In this document: positions 19,960 through 30,981 of the stretch, piece after piece
How the letters are laid out: each line of letters starts with the position of its first letter
Numbering within the stretch: position 1 is the first letter of the stretch
Program-made: the position numbers and the translations under genes
Notes under the pieces: generated by a model
What the model was told of the DNA's origin: nothing
The model's database searches: none
The model's input: the letters and a program-made list of their open reading frames with translations, nothing else
Assembly (NCBI GenBank): GCA_031416075.1
Contig: JANOSY010000031.1
Coordinates: forward strand, 32,001-96,000
Source: Candidatus Tenderia sp.
GTDB taxonomy: Bacteria > Pseudomonadota > Gammaproteobacteria > Tenderiales > Tenderiaceae
Reading direction: 5' to 3'
Length of the DNA stretch: 64,000 nucleotides

Positions 19960-20038
19960 GTTGTTTCCTTTGATATTTTCAAAACCATTGTTTAAAAAGT
20001 AGCTTAAAAGCAACGCCGGAGATTAAAGAGAGGCAACT

Positions 20039-20069
20039 CCCGGATTGCGCTACGCTTCATCTGGGCTAC
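20039..20069 (-). repeat. REP element overlapping the fic stop codon
   Basis: Minus strand GTAGCCCAGATGAAGCGTAGCGCAATCCGGG; its TAG is the fic stop. Confidence 0.75.
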
Positions 20070-21547
20070 CTTGCTTGTAGTGACCGCTTCCACTCTGCGA
20101 GTGCAATTGCGGTAGAACTCTCAAGCCATTCCGCGAAGCGTTTCTCTGTACTTTCGTATGACTCGACATAGTTGAATTGAAAAAGATCAGTCGCTGCGGG
20201 GCGCAAACTGACAATTTCCGTACCGCCATCTTCGCGAGGAACCTTCACATAGGTGAACGCAGAGGCCACAAGAACCCCCGTGTCCCCAGGGCCGTAGCCA
20301 TGAAAACTTACTACATAGTCAAACTCTTGCTCTGTCGCGAGAGTTATTCTGACCCAAGAGCGGTACTGCTCAAAATTGGCGAAATAATCGAATTGATTGG
20401 CCGCCTCAACAATATGTTTTTGGAAATAGTGACGCTGCGCCGAGGCGTTGTTCGCGGAGTTTGTGCGAGCTTGATACTTCTGCTTTTGTTGTGGCGGCGT
20501 TACTGCTTGAAGCTGCCCATCCAAGCTTGTGACGAGCAGCCTGAATTTTCCTTCAACCGTCGAGAAGAGCTTCTCAGCATGCTCGTAGACAACAGATACC
20601 TTGTGCTTTTCCTTGCTAAATTTTGTTTTTAGCAGTTCAAGCGCCGAACTAATGATCTGATCAGCGTACTTGCTTTGTTGGACTTGTTGCTCCAGACCAA
20701 GCGCTTTAAGAATTGCTTCCTTTTGGCGACGCGCAAAGAAGGAAATCAACGGCGAAAGATCACCGACATCCGCTGACTCAAGTGCGCCGATGTACTCTTC
20801 TCGATCGGACTCTCTAACAACCAACGGGAACAATCCTTCGCGAAGAAATACTAGCGATGCAAGTGCGCGCGCTACGCGACCGTTGCCGTCTTGGAACGGG
20901 TGAATTTGAGTAAATCTATGATGTAACCATGCAGATTTTACTTCTGGCGTATACGTGTCATCTGCCTCGCGATACAAACGGATCAGGCTCTCCATCTCCT
21001 CCTTTGTTAATTCAGGCGGGCAGTATCGGTGTATTTCGCCGTCTGATCTTCGTGGATTGTTCGGTAGAGTCTTGTATTCTCCCTTTAGCAGCGTGACATG
21101 AACCAAATCACCTGATTCAGTTACTGCCTCGGTGTAGTCTTGATGCGCAGTAAACTGAGCCTGAAGCCCGCGAACGAAGTACTCCGAAAGTGGCTCTTCC
21201 CCTTTGATGTAGCTAAACAAACCTTCGACAATGCCAAGATGATCGTTGATCAGCGCGTGTATGTGCTCCGCGTCACGCTGAGAAACACCCCCACGGTGAG
21301 AGATTATCGAGGATTCAATCCCCTGCTCGATTAGTACCTCCGTTACGCCACGGTCCCACGCGTACAGCCGCTCGATAATTCCGGTTTCAATTGCCCACTC
21401 GCGCTGTAACTTCTTGATGAATTCTTTGTATGCGCCATTCTCTTCGAGTGCGGACTTTTTCTCCTGCCATACAGACGTTAGTGCCCGAAGTTCCGGGAAC
21501 TCATATGCCTGAAGACTAGGGAATGGCTGGATACGCTGGTATTTCAT
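20066..21547 (-). CDS. Fic-domain protein with C-terminal extension
   Basis: Intact Fic motif HPFQDGNGRVAR; AIETGIIE N-terminal helix. Confidence 0.92.
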   Translation of the reverse strand: MKYQRIQPFPSLQAYEFPELRALTSVWQEKKSALEENGAYKEFIKKLQREWAIETGIIERLYAWDRGVTEVLIEQGIESSIISHRGGVSQRDAEHIHALINDHLGIVEGLFSYIKGEEPLSEYFVRGLQAQFTAHQDYTEAVTESGDLVHVTLLKGEYKTLPNNPRRSDGEIHRYCPPELTKEEMESLIRLYREADDTYTPEVKSAWLHHRFTQIHPFQDGNGRVARALASLVFLREGLFPLVVRESDREEYIGALESADVGDLSPLISFFARRQKEAILKALGLEQQVQQSKYADQIISSALELLKTKFSKEKHKVSVVYEHAEKLFSTVEGKFRLLVTSLDGQLQAVTPPQQKQKYQARTNSANNASAQRHYFQKHIVEAANQFDYFANFEQYRSWVRITLATEQEFDYVVSFHGYGPGDTGVLVASAFTYVKVPREDGGTEIVSLRPAATDLFQFNYVESYESTEKRFAEWLESSTAIALAEWKRSLQAR

Positions 21548-21571
21548 CTTGGCACCTTTGTCGATAAGCAA

Positions 21572-21641
21572 GTAGCCCGGAAGCAGCGCAGCGAATTCCG
21601 GGGATCAGATACCGGATTGCACTACGTTGCATCTAGGCTAC
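21572..21641. repeat. REP doublet (inverted pair)
   Basis: GTAGCCCGGAAGCAGCGCAGCGAATTCCGG...CCGGATTGCACTACGTTGCATCTAGGCTAC. Confidence 0.8.
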
Positions 21642-21699
21642 CCCACTGAACTGTTGTTTTGACGTAACTACTCACCGTTTGCATCACAGCTGTAACTAA

Positions 21700-23217
<1,518 letters not shown>

Positions 23218-23243
23218 TTTATTAGATCTTCGTTGTGATTGAT

Positions 23244-24342
23244 TTAGAGGCCGCTTTTCAAGCTGGCTTCAATAAATTGGTCCAGGTCGCCATCCAGTAC
23301 CGCCTGGGTATTGCCGGTCTCAACGCCGGTACGCAGATCTTTGATGCGCGACTGGTCAAGTACGTAAGAACGAATCTGGCTGCCCCAGCCAATGTCGGAC
23401 TTGGTCGCCTCTAGCGCCTGCTGCTCGGTGCGACGTTTCTGCATCTCCAGCTCATAGAGTTTGGCCTTGAGCTGCTTCATGGCGGTATCTTTATTTTTGT
23501 GCTGTGAACGGTCGCTCTGACACTGCACCACGGCATTGGTAGGCAGATGGGTAATACGCACCGCCGATTCGGTACGGTTGACGTGCTGACCACCGGCGCC
23601 ACTGGCGCGGTAGACGTCGATGCGCAGATCGGCGGGGTTGATCTCGATGTTGATATCGTCATCCACTTCAGGCGAAACAAACACCGAAGCAAACGAGGTG
23701 TGACGACGATTGCCTGAGTCGAACGGTGATTTGCGTACCAGGCGATGTACGCCGGTCTCGGTGCGCAGCCAGCCGTAGGCGTATTCACCTTCAAAACGGA
23801 TGGTGGCGCTTTTGATGCCTGCTACTTCGCCGTCGGAGACTTCGATCAGCTCGGTCTTGAAACCACTGCGTTCGCCCCAGCGCAGAAACATGCGCATCAA
23901 CATGCTGGCCCAATCCTGCGCCTCGGTGCCACCGGAACCGGCCTGCACGTCGAGAAAGGCGTTGTTGGGGTCCATTTCGCCGGAGAACATACGACGGAAT
24001 TCGAGGGTGGCGAGACGTTTCTCCAGCTCGTCCAGATCTTTGACCACGGAGGCGACGGTCTCCTCGTCTCCCTCCTCACCCGCCATCTCCAGCAGCTCGG
24101 TGGCATCGGTCAAGGTGGCTTCCAGGTCGGTGATGGTTTTGACTACCTGCTCCAGCTGCACCCGTTCTTTGCCCAGCGCCTGGGCGCGTTCCGGGTTATC
24201 CCAAACATTGGGCTGCTCCAGCTCACGCTCGACTTCGGTCAGACGCTCCTGTTTGATCTCAAAGTCAAAGGTACCCCCTAAGAGCGGCAGTGCGCTCTGC
24301 CATCTCTTTGATTCTACGAACGATGAGATTGATTTCTAACAT
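23244..24342 (-). CDS. prfB: Peptide chain release factor 2 (programmed +1 frameshift)
   Basis: SPF and GGQ motifs; short first frame MLEINL...LRGYL then CTT-TGA-C. Confidence 0.97.
24264..24280 (-). promoter_or_regulatory. prfB +1 frameshift site with internal Shine-Dalgarno
   Basis: Minus strand AGGGGG-TAC-CTT-TGA-C. Confidence 0.95.
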
Positions 24343-24454
24343 GTTGGGCCTTCTTGCCTAAAAACCGCGCATTTTACTACAGCCCGAGAATTCAAGGAAC
24401 CTGTGATAAAGAGATGACTCGACCAAACTGACCCTTGCCAACCATTCGTGCCTA

Positions 24455-25135
24455 TTATCCACCGAGCTTGGCTGCACCCGTTGCTAACGCCTTTGCCCCC
24501 ATCACGTCCGCCTCCTGCTCAAGCCCTTTATCATCATTGACGGGCACACTCTCTTTCATCTGAGTGGTTGGTTTAACCCGCCCTTGTGCCTGTTGCACCA
24601 CGTGCCAGGCCTCATGAGGCAGATGTTTCTCTTGTCCAGAGGCGACGTGGATATCACTGCCCTGGGCATAGGCCAACGCGTTAAGCTGCGCCGGTTTGGC
24701 TGAGTTGTAGTGAACTTGAACGTGGTCCATCGACATGCCGGAGAGTGATTCAATGCCGGACTTAAGTTGATTAGGCAGACCAGTGTTATTGGCTTTCGTC
24801 ACAGCCCCCTCTTCAAGTTGGGCAGTCTGTTCTGTTGCAAACTTACCCTGCAACAGTTCGTCCTCTTCCATCCGCTGGACTGTTTCAAACTTCCCTTGCA
24901 ACAACTCATCCTCTTCCATCCGCTGTACGGTGCCGAACAGGGTGCCCATTTTTTTGAGCTGTGCCGCCGCATAGGGGCTGTTCTCTAGCGCTTCTATCTG
25001 TTTGCGTTGGGCAATCATCGCTGGGCTGCTGTTTATTCTGGCAGCCAGCTGGTGTTGCATCTCACCACCTGTAATGGCCTGTTGTACCGTGGAGCGGTTA
25101 AGCCCTTGTCGCTGCTGAAGCTCGGCCTTTTTCAT
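24455..25135 (-). CDS. DUF4157 (eCIS core domain) protein
   Basis: NNTGLPNQLKSGIESLSG, VHYNSAKPAQLNALAYAQG, HLPHEAWHVVQQAQGRV, LEQEADVMG. Confidence 0.88.
   Translation of the reverse strand: MKKAELQQRQGLNRSTVQQAITGGEMQHQLAARINSSPAMIAQRKQIEALENSPYAAAQLKKMGTLFGTVQRMEEDELLQGKFETVQRMEEDELLQGKFATEQTAQLEEGAVTKANNTGLPNQLKSGIESLSGMSMDHVQVHYNSAKPAQLNALAYAQGSDIHVASGQEKHLPHEAWHVVQQAQGRVKPTTQMKESVPVNDDKGLEQEADVMGAKALATGAAKLGG
24838..24930 (-). repeat. 48-bp tandem duplication in DUF4157 gene
   Basis: TVQRMEEDELLQGKF occurs twice in tandem. Confidence 0.85.
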
Positions 25136-25266
25136 CCATATCCCCTTTAAACATCAAACAAAATGCAGTTTCACTCTAACACGAGGCCCGCAAACCTAAT
25201 CCTAAATATAGATTCCGAGCATACTGATGGCCAGGGCTCTGTTCAACCCGCAACAATCAGCCACTG

Positions 25267-26010
25267 TTAAAGCAACGGTACCAGTTTGGCAAACATTGCA
25301 CGAATCCCGTCCATTCCCTCTTTAAGGCACCGTTCAATATCCACCATGGTGATCAGGTTTTCGCTGCGCCCCGCCGCCCAGTTAACACTCACCGCACAGG
25401 TGGCATAGGCCATGCCCAGTTCGCGGGCCAACACCGCTTCCGGCATACCGGTCATGCCCACCATGGTGCAACCATCCCGCTCGTAACGGTTGATTTCAGC
25501 GGCACTCTCCAGACGTGGCCCCTGGGTGGCACCGTAAGTACCGCTATCACAATACTCAACCCCTGCCTGCTGACACGCCTGGATCAAAATCTGGCGCAAC
25601 GACTCATCATAAGGGAAGGTGAAATCGACATGCACCACCTCTTCCAAGCCCTCTTCAAAGAAGGTGTTTTTACGTGACCAGGTGTAGTCGATGATCTGAT
25701 CAGGAATGGCCAGTTTTTTGGGTGGGAAGTCACTGGCAATCCCGCCCACCGCCGCAATGGCAATAATGCGCTCCACGCCCACATGTTTAAGTGCCCAAAG
25801 GTTGGCGCGATAGTTAATCTTGTGCGGCGGGATGGTGTGACCGTAGCCATGACGGGCGATGAAGACAACCTCTTTGCCACACAGCACACCGTGGGTCAGC
25901 GCGCCTGAGGGTTCACCATAGGGGGTTTGCACCACTTCACGTCTGATGATCTCCAGATCGGCGAGATTGGTTAAACCTGTACCACCAATGATTGCTACAT
26001 TGCCCATCAC
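25267..26010 (-). CDS. mtnP: S-methyl-5'-thioinosine/thioadenosine phosphorylase
   Basis: IIGGTG, TPYGEPS, ARHG.GH.IPPHKINYRAN, QGPRLES, GMTGMPEA, VNWAAG. Confidence 0.88.
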   Translation of the reverse strand: MMGNVAIIGGTGLTNLADLEIIRREVVQTPYGEPSGALTHGVLCGKEVVFIARHGYGHTIPPHKINYRANLWALKHVGVERIIAIAAVGGIASDFPPKKLAIPDQIIDYTWSRKNTFFEEGLEEVVHVDFTFPYDESLRQILIQACQQAGVEYCDSGTYGATQGPRLESAAEINRYERDGCTMVGMTGMPEAVLARELGMAYATCAVSVNWAAGRSENLITMVDIERCLKEGMDGIRAMFAKLVPLL

Positions 26011-26020
26011 TATTTCCTTT

Positions 26021-27370
26021 TTAAACGACTGTTGTTAGCAACAACCCGGTGACGGCAGCGACTGCAATCACCTCAATGACATTGCGTTTGAAACGAAACA
26101 GGGCCACTGCCGCCGCCACGGCTATGGCCGCAGATCCCCAATCAAACTCGGCCCCAAAGCCCTGTGGCCACATGACATGGTAGCCAAAAAAGAGTGCCAG
26201 ATTAAAAATAGCCCCCACCACAGCAGCGGTAATGGCGGTAAGCGGCGCAGTAAATTTAAGATTGCCATGGGTTGATTCAACCAGCGGTCCGCCCACAAGG
26301 ATAAAAATAAATGATGGCAAAAAGGTAAACCAGGTCACCACCATCGCCGCAACCGCCCCGGCCATAAACAGCGCATCCGGACCAAACAACTCATTTACAT
26401 AGCCACCGATAAAACCAACAAAAGCGACCACCATAATGAGTGGCCCAGGCGTCGTCTCGCCCAGCGCCAGCCCGTCGATCATCTGTGGTGCCGTCAACCA
26501 ACCGTAGTGATCAACGGCCCCCTGATAAACATAGGGCAATACCGCGTAGGCACCACCAAACGTAAGCAGTGCCGCTTTGGTGAAGAACCACCCCATCTGG
26601 GTCAGGGTATCTTGCCAACCATTCAATATAAACAGCAGCCCCATGGGCAGTGTCCACAACAGCATACCCACCGCCACAACGGATATCAGCCGTGGGCGGG
26701 AGAAACGGGCATGTTCTGGTGTGGGTGTCTTATCATCAATCAGCGCCGGACCAACAGAGCTGGCTGCCGCGCCATGACCACCCCCCACCCTGAATTTTTC
26801 CGGCGCAAAACGGCCACCGATATATCCCACTAGCGCAGCCACCGCAATAATCAGCGGGAACGGTAGGTGCAACGCAAATATCGCCACAAAAGCGGCCACC
26901 GCCACAGCCCATAGCAGACCGCTTTTCAGGACCCGCGAACCGATACGATGTGCCGCCTGTACAACAATGGCCGTTACGGCGGGTTTGATACCATAAAACA
27001 GCCCCGCCACCAGTGGCGAATCCCCAAAGGCAATATAGATCCACGACAGCGCAATCAATATAAAGAGTGAAGGAAGCACAAACAGCGTACCGGCCACAAT
27101 GCCACCCCAGGTGCGGTGCATCAACCAGCCGATGTAGATGGCAAGCTGCTGCGCCTCTGGCCCTGGCAATACCATGCAGAAATTAAGCGCATGGAGAAAC
27201 CGTTTTTCGCTGATCCAGCGCCGCCGCTCCACCAACTCGGCATGCATAATGGCAATCTGCCCTGCCGGACCGCCAAAACTGATAAAGCCAAGTTTGAGCC
27301 AAAAACGAAAAGCTTCCCAAAAACTGACCACTGGCGGAACGACAGGAGCCTCGTGCGGACTCTGCGTCAT
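26021..27370 (-). CDS. chrA: Chromate efflux transporter (long-chain CHR)
   Basis: LGFISFGGPAGQIA, LPGPEAQQ, TFGGAYAVLP, ETTPGP. Confidence 0.92.
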   Translation of the reverse strand: MTQSPHEAPVVPPVVSFWEAFRFWLKLGFISFGGPAGQIAIMHAELVERRRWISEKRFLHALNFCMVLPGPEAQQLAIYIGWLMHRTWGGIVAGTLFVLPSLFILIALSWIYIAFGDSPLVAGLFYGIKPAVTAIVVQAAHRIGSRVLKSGLLWAVAVAAFVAIFALHLPFPLIIAVAALVGYIGGRFAPEKFRVGGGHGAAASSVGPALIDDKTPTPEHARFSRPRLISVVAVGMLLWTLPMGLLFILNGWQDTLTQMGWFFTKAALLTFGGAYAVLPYVYQGAVDHYGWLTAPQMIDGLALGETTPGPLIMVVAFVGFIGGYVNELFGPDALFMAGAVAAMVVTWFTFLPSFIFILVGGPLVESTHGNLKFTAPLTAITAAVVGAIFNLALFFGYHVMWPQGFGAEFDWGSAAIAVAAAVALFRFKRNVIEVIAVAAVTGLLLTTVV

Positions 27371-27456
27371 GATTCAATTCCTTATTTGCGCTACTGCGCC
27401 TGGATCATCCTGCTACCAAGCAATCTAACCGGGTATTCAACATCAACGCTGTGGAC

Positions 27457-28008
27457 TCATGCCCCCTTAACCGCATAAATGCCCGCCGCGTTACGCAAGT
27501 ATCCCTTGTAGTCCATGCCAAAACCAAACAGGTAACGATCCTCAACCTCGACACCGACAAAGTCAGCTTTGATGTCGATGGCTCTATCCCTGATCTTCTC
27601 GACCAGCACGGCACTGTAGACCGCCTTGGCACCGGCACTTTTGCAATCGTGAACAATCGCCTCCAGGGTCAGCCCCTCATCGAGAATGTCGTCTATCAAC
27701 AGCACAACACGATCTTTGAGCGGTTTTGATGGTTTGACGATCCACTCCAGCTCGCCACCCTCGGTCTTATGGCCGTAACGGGTGGCGTGGATGTAGTCAA
27801 GATTAAGCGGGAAATCGAGGCGCGGCAGCAGCATGCCCGCCGGCACCAGGCCGCCGGTCATCACACACAATACCAATGGATTTTGATCGCCCAGCTGCTG
27901 TTTGATCTTAACGGCCATCACATCGAGTGCGGCGTCGATCTGCTGCTGTGAACAGAGCAAGTCTGCCTCTGCCATTACTTTTGTTGATTCTTGAAGATAG
28001 TCAGCCAT
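27457..28008 (-). CDS. hpt: Hypoxanthine-guanine phosphoribosyltransferase
   Basis: VLLIDDILDEGLT PRPP motif, RYLFGFGMDYKG. Confidence 0.92.
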   Translation of the reverse strand: MADYLQESTKVMAEADLLCSQQQIDAALDVMAVKIKQQLGDQNPLVLCVMTGGLVPAGMLLPRLDFPLNLDYIHATRYGHKTEGGELEWIVKPSKPLKDRVVLLIDDILDEGLTLEAIVHDCKSAGAKAVYSAVLVEKIRDRAIDIKADFVGVEVEDRYLFGFGMDYKGYLRNAAGIYAVKGA

Positions 28009-28029
28009 CTGTATGATTTCTTTGATTAG

Positions 28030-28398
28030 TTAATAGGTAAATGTCACGGTTGCATCATCCATCGCTTCGCTGATGATATAGGCACCACCCACCGTCTCTT
28101 CCACTTCCGGGATAATATCTTCACCCCAATATTCCAGACTGGTGGCACAGACCTTTATTCTAACGCCGGCCTGCACCGCCTCTTTGATGAGATCATGCAC
28201 TGTGCTGGTGCGGTTGGCCGCCAGAGGCAGCTCCGCCGCCACCCCCTTTTTCAACAATCCGGCACTGCGTCCGGTGAAGACCAGCTCAACCTCAAACTCC
28301 ATCGCTGCCGCCACAATCGCCTGGGAGATGGGTGGAATAATCTCCATCACCATCTGCGGGTCACTATTCATTACAACTATCAGCAGTTTATCTGCCAT
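28030..28398 (-). CDS. DsrE-family protein
   Basis: AAAMEFEVELVFTG, GVRIKVC, ends TFTY. Confidence 0.8.
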   Translation of the reverse strand: MADKLLIVVMNSDPQMVMEIIPPISQAIVAAAMEFEVELVFTGRSAGLLKKGVAAELPLAANRTSTVHDLIKEAVQAGVRIKVCATSLEYWGEDIIPEVEETVGGAYIISEAMDDATVTFTY

Positions 28399-28415
28399 CT
28401 CTATGCTCCCGGTTG

Positions 28416-29507
28416 TTAGTGGTCATGGCCCGCCACCGCACTCCTGTTGGCAGTTTCAGGCAGACGTGGCAATGTCTGCTCCGGAAACTCACCGGTGAGT
28501 GTATTAAGAAAGGCCACAATATCACTCACCTGCTGCTCAGTGAGTTCACGAGCCAGCTGGGTTTTAGCCATCACGCGTACCGCTTCATCAAGGGTTTTAA
28601 CTGTGCCGTTGTGAAAATAGGGGGCGGTAATCGCGATATTCCGCAGCGATGGCATACGCCACATACGGGTATCGGTCTTCTCCTGGGAGAAATAAACACG
28701 CCCTAAATCATCGACCAGATTGTATCGACGTTCATAATCAGTATCGGGGTAGTTAGGAAAGAGTTCGTAGAACCCTTCACCCTGCTGCAGTGCCAACCCT
28801 GGAATCGGCCCCGCCAGGTTGATCCAAAAGTGGCAAGAGGCGCAACGCACCTCAATAAACTCCTGTATGCCACGTTTGGCAGCCGGAGAGATGGCCTTGT
28901 CGTCGCCCTTCAGATAGCGGTCAAACGGGCCATTGGGCGTGGTGAGTGCACGTTCGTAACTGGAGAGCGCCATCGCCACCGTCTTCAGGCTGATACCTTC
29001 CTTGCCAAAGCTCTTTTCAAACTGTTTTTTGTAACCGGGAATAGTGTTCAGGCGCGCCACCAGGGTCTCGGCATCAGGCATACCCATAATGTTGGGATCC
29101 AAAATGTGGCGCTCGGCCTGCTCTTCCAATGTTTTAACACTGCCATCCCAGTTATAAACGGTATGAAAAGCGGCGTTCCAGACCGTCTGCGTGCCCCGTA
29201 TGCCCTTACGGCCATACACACCCACCGGTTGGGCGCGGCCATCCTCCCCCCCTGCCGCCAGGTTATGGCAGCTATTGCAGGAGTGGGTGCCGGTAATCGA
29301 GAGCCGTGCATCAAAAAAGAGCTGTTTGCCCAGCGCTAGCTTCTCTTTGGTGGCCGGATTATCCTTGGGCGAATCAGCCACCGCTGGCAACGGTTTAAAC
29401 GGCCACGGCAGATCCGCCGCCACAGCCCCCCCCGTCACACTCACCATCAACAGCGCAATACCGCCCATTACAGACTTCAAACCCATCGTCCCTCCTCCAT
29501 TCATCAT
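28416..29507 (-). CDS. Di-heme cytochrome c peroxidase (CCP/MauG family)
   Basis: Signal peptide, LGKQLFFDARLS, CNSCH, CASCH, PSLRNIAITAPYFHNG; exact start uncertain. Confidence 0.9.
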   Translation of the reverse strand: MMNGGGTMGLKSVMGGIALLMVSVTGGAVAADLPWPFKPLPAVADSPKDNPATKEKLALGKQLFFDARLSITGTHSCNSCHNLAAGGEDGRAQPVGVYGRKGIRGTQTVWNAAFHTVYNWDGSVKTLEEQAERHILDPNIMGMPDAETLVARLNTIPGYKKQFEKSFGKEGISLKTVAMALSSYERALTTPNGPFDRYLKGDDKAISPAAKRGIQEFIEVRCASCHFWINLAGPIPGLALQQGEGFYELFPNYPDTDYERRYNLVDDLGRVYFSQEKTDTRMWRMPSLRNIAITAPYFHNGTVKTLDEAVRVMAKTQLARELTEQQVSDIVAFLNTLTGEFPEQTLPRLPETANRSAVAGHDH

Positions 29508-29513
29508 CAAACG

Positions 29514-29865
29514 TTAATCGCCACTGCTCTCAACCTTAACCCCATCCGGTACATGCAGTGTGGTCGTTGGAAACGCCACCTCAGCGCCATGACTGGCGAT
29601 AATATCGTGAATCTGCAACAAAATACGGTGTTTAATCTCGTGGAACTCGGTCCACTCAGTAGTACGGGTAAAGGTGTAGATAAAAAAGTCGAGCGACGAC
29701 GGCCCAAAGCTGTTGAAGTTCACCATCAGGGTCTGCTGCTGATCTAAGCACGCGCTTCTGAATAAAGTTCACCAACAGCGTCAGAAACACCACCACAAAT
29801 ACCTGGATAGTCCAACCGCCCCAGCCGAGGTATTGATCAAGTCCCGTGGTTATCTGCTCTAACAA
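29514..29865 (-). pseudogene. MscS-family mechanosensitive channel, internally deleted
   Basis: N-terminal TM segment joined out of frame at ~29742 to C-terminus DQQQTLMVNFNSFGPSSLDFFIYTF...AFPTTTLH; core domain absent. Confidence 0.8.
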
Positions 29866-29899
29866 AACCCGCTATCTCCTTATTTTCAGAGGAGAGATT

Positions 29900-30979
29900 C
29901 TACAACAGATCAACCGGCTTCGCCTCCAGCCATGGCCCTAACGCATGCAGCGCCTGGTGCCACTGCGGGTCATTGTGCAGCTGATCACGGGTAATTGGAT
30001 GGCGGCCGTGCATACGTGCGAGACGCAGATGTGAGGCGGGAGAGCCTGCCCCGCGAGCCGAGCGAGTGCATTGGGCATTATCAAATTTTTTGAGGTGATC
30101 CAGCGTCCGGCAGATGGCGTTAAAGTCGCTACAAACCAACGCCATATCGCACCCTGCTGTCAGCGCGGCGGCGGCTCGCTCGCAAACATCGCCAGCAACG
30201 GCGGCCCCCTCCATCAACAGGTCATCGCTGAAAATCACCCCCTGAAACTGCAACTGTTGGCGCAGAATCTGCTGCAACCAGAAACGTGAAAATCCAGCCG
30301 GTTTGTCATCCACCTGCGGATAGATCACATGGGCCGCCATCACCCCGGCCAAGCCGTTGTGGATCAGCCGTTCAAACGGGATCAGGTCTTCACTCTCGAT
30401 ATCGACCAGTCGGCGTTCATCGCGGGCGATGCCGAGATGGGTGTCGACCTCCACCGCGCCGTGGCCGGGAAAGTGTTTGGCGGTGGCGGCCATGCCGGCC
30501 CGCTGCATCCCTTTAATGTAGCTCTGGGTCAGCTCCGCCACCGCCTGTGGATCACGATGAAAAGAGCGATCGCCAATCACCGTGCTGACGCCATAATCGA
30601 GATCAACCACCGGCGCAAAGCTGAAATCGACACCCACAGCGCGCAGCTCCACCGCCATCAACCAACCGGCTGTTTCGCAATTACGTTTGGCCCGTTTAGA
30701 ATCTTGATCATAGAGTTGGCCAAAGTTACGCACCGCTGGCAAACGGGTAAAATCGCTGCGAAAACGCTGCACCCGACCGCCTTCATGGTCCACCGCCACC
30801 AGCAGCTTAGGTTGCCGCAGTGCATGAACTTCATCAATCAACGCCTTGACCTGTAGGGCATTTTCAAAGTTACGACTAAAGAGGATCACCGCCCCCACCA
30901 TCGGGTGTTGCAGCATCTCGCGCTCTTCCGCAGTCAGGGTCAAACCCGACAGCCCCACCATGACTGGACCTAACGACAT
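29900..30979 (-). CDS. nagZ: Beta-N-acetylhexosaminidase
   Basis: VDHEGGRVQR, SFAPVVD, KHFPGHG...DTH, FSDDL. Confidence 0.96.
   Translation of the reverse strand: MSLGPVMVGLSGLTLTAEEREMLQHPMVGAVILFSRNFENALQVKALIDEVHALRQPKLLVAVDHEGGRVQRFRSDFTRLPAVRNFGQLYDQDSKRAKRNCETAGWLMAVELRAVGVDFSFAPVVDLDYGVSTVIGDRSFHRDPQAVAELTQSYIKGMQRAGMAATAKHFPGHGAVEVDTHLGIARDERRLVDIESEDLIPFERLIHNGLAGVMAAHVIYPQVDDKPAGFSRFWLQQILRQQLQFQGVIFSDDLLMEGAAVAGDVCERAAAALTAGCDMALVCSDFNAICRTLDHLKKFDNAQCTRSARGAGSPASHLRLARMHGRHPITRDQLHNDPQWHQALHALGPWLEAKPVDLL
30041..30076. mobile_element. Putative 36-bp in-frame mini-element inside nagZ
   Basis: AGAGCCTGCCCCGCGAGCCGAGCGAGTGCATTGGGC adds AQCTRSARGAGS between DN and PASHLRL. Confidence 0.55.
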
Positions 30980-30981
30980 AT

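Noticed and set aside
20066-21547. Integron cassette origin for fic or the ATPase pair
   Set aside because: No convincing attC (RYYYAAC...GTTRRRY) structure or integrase seen
23244-24342. Apparent broken or short prfB ORF
   Set aside because: Canonical programmed +1 frameshift (AGGGGG-TAC-CTT-TGA-C); not a pseudogene and not novel
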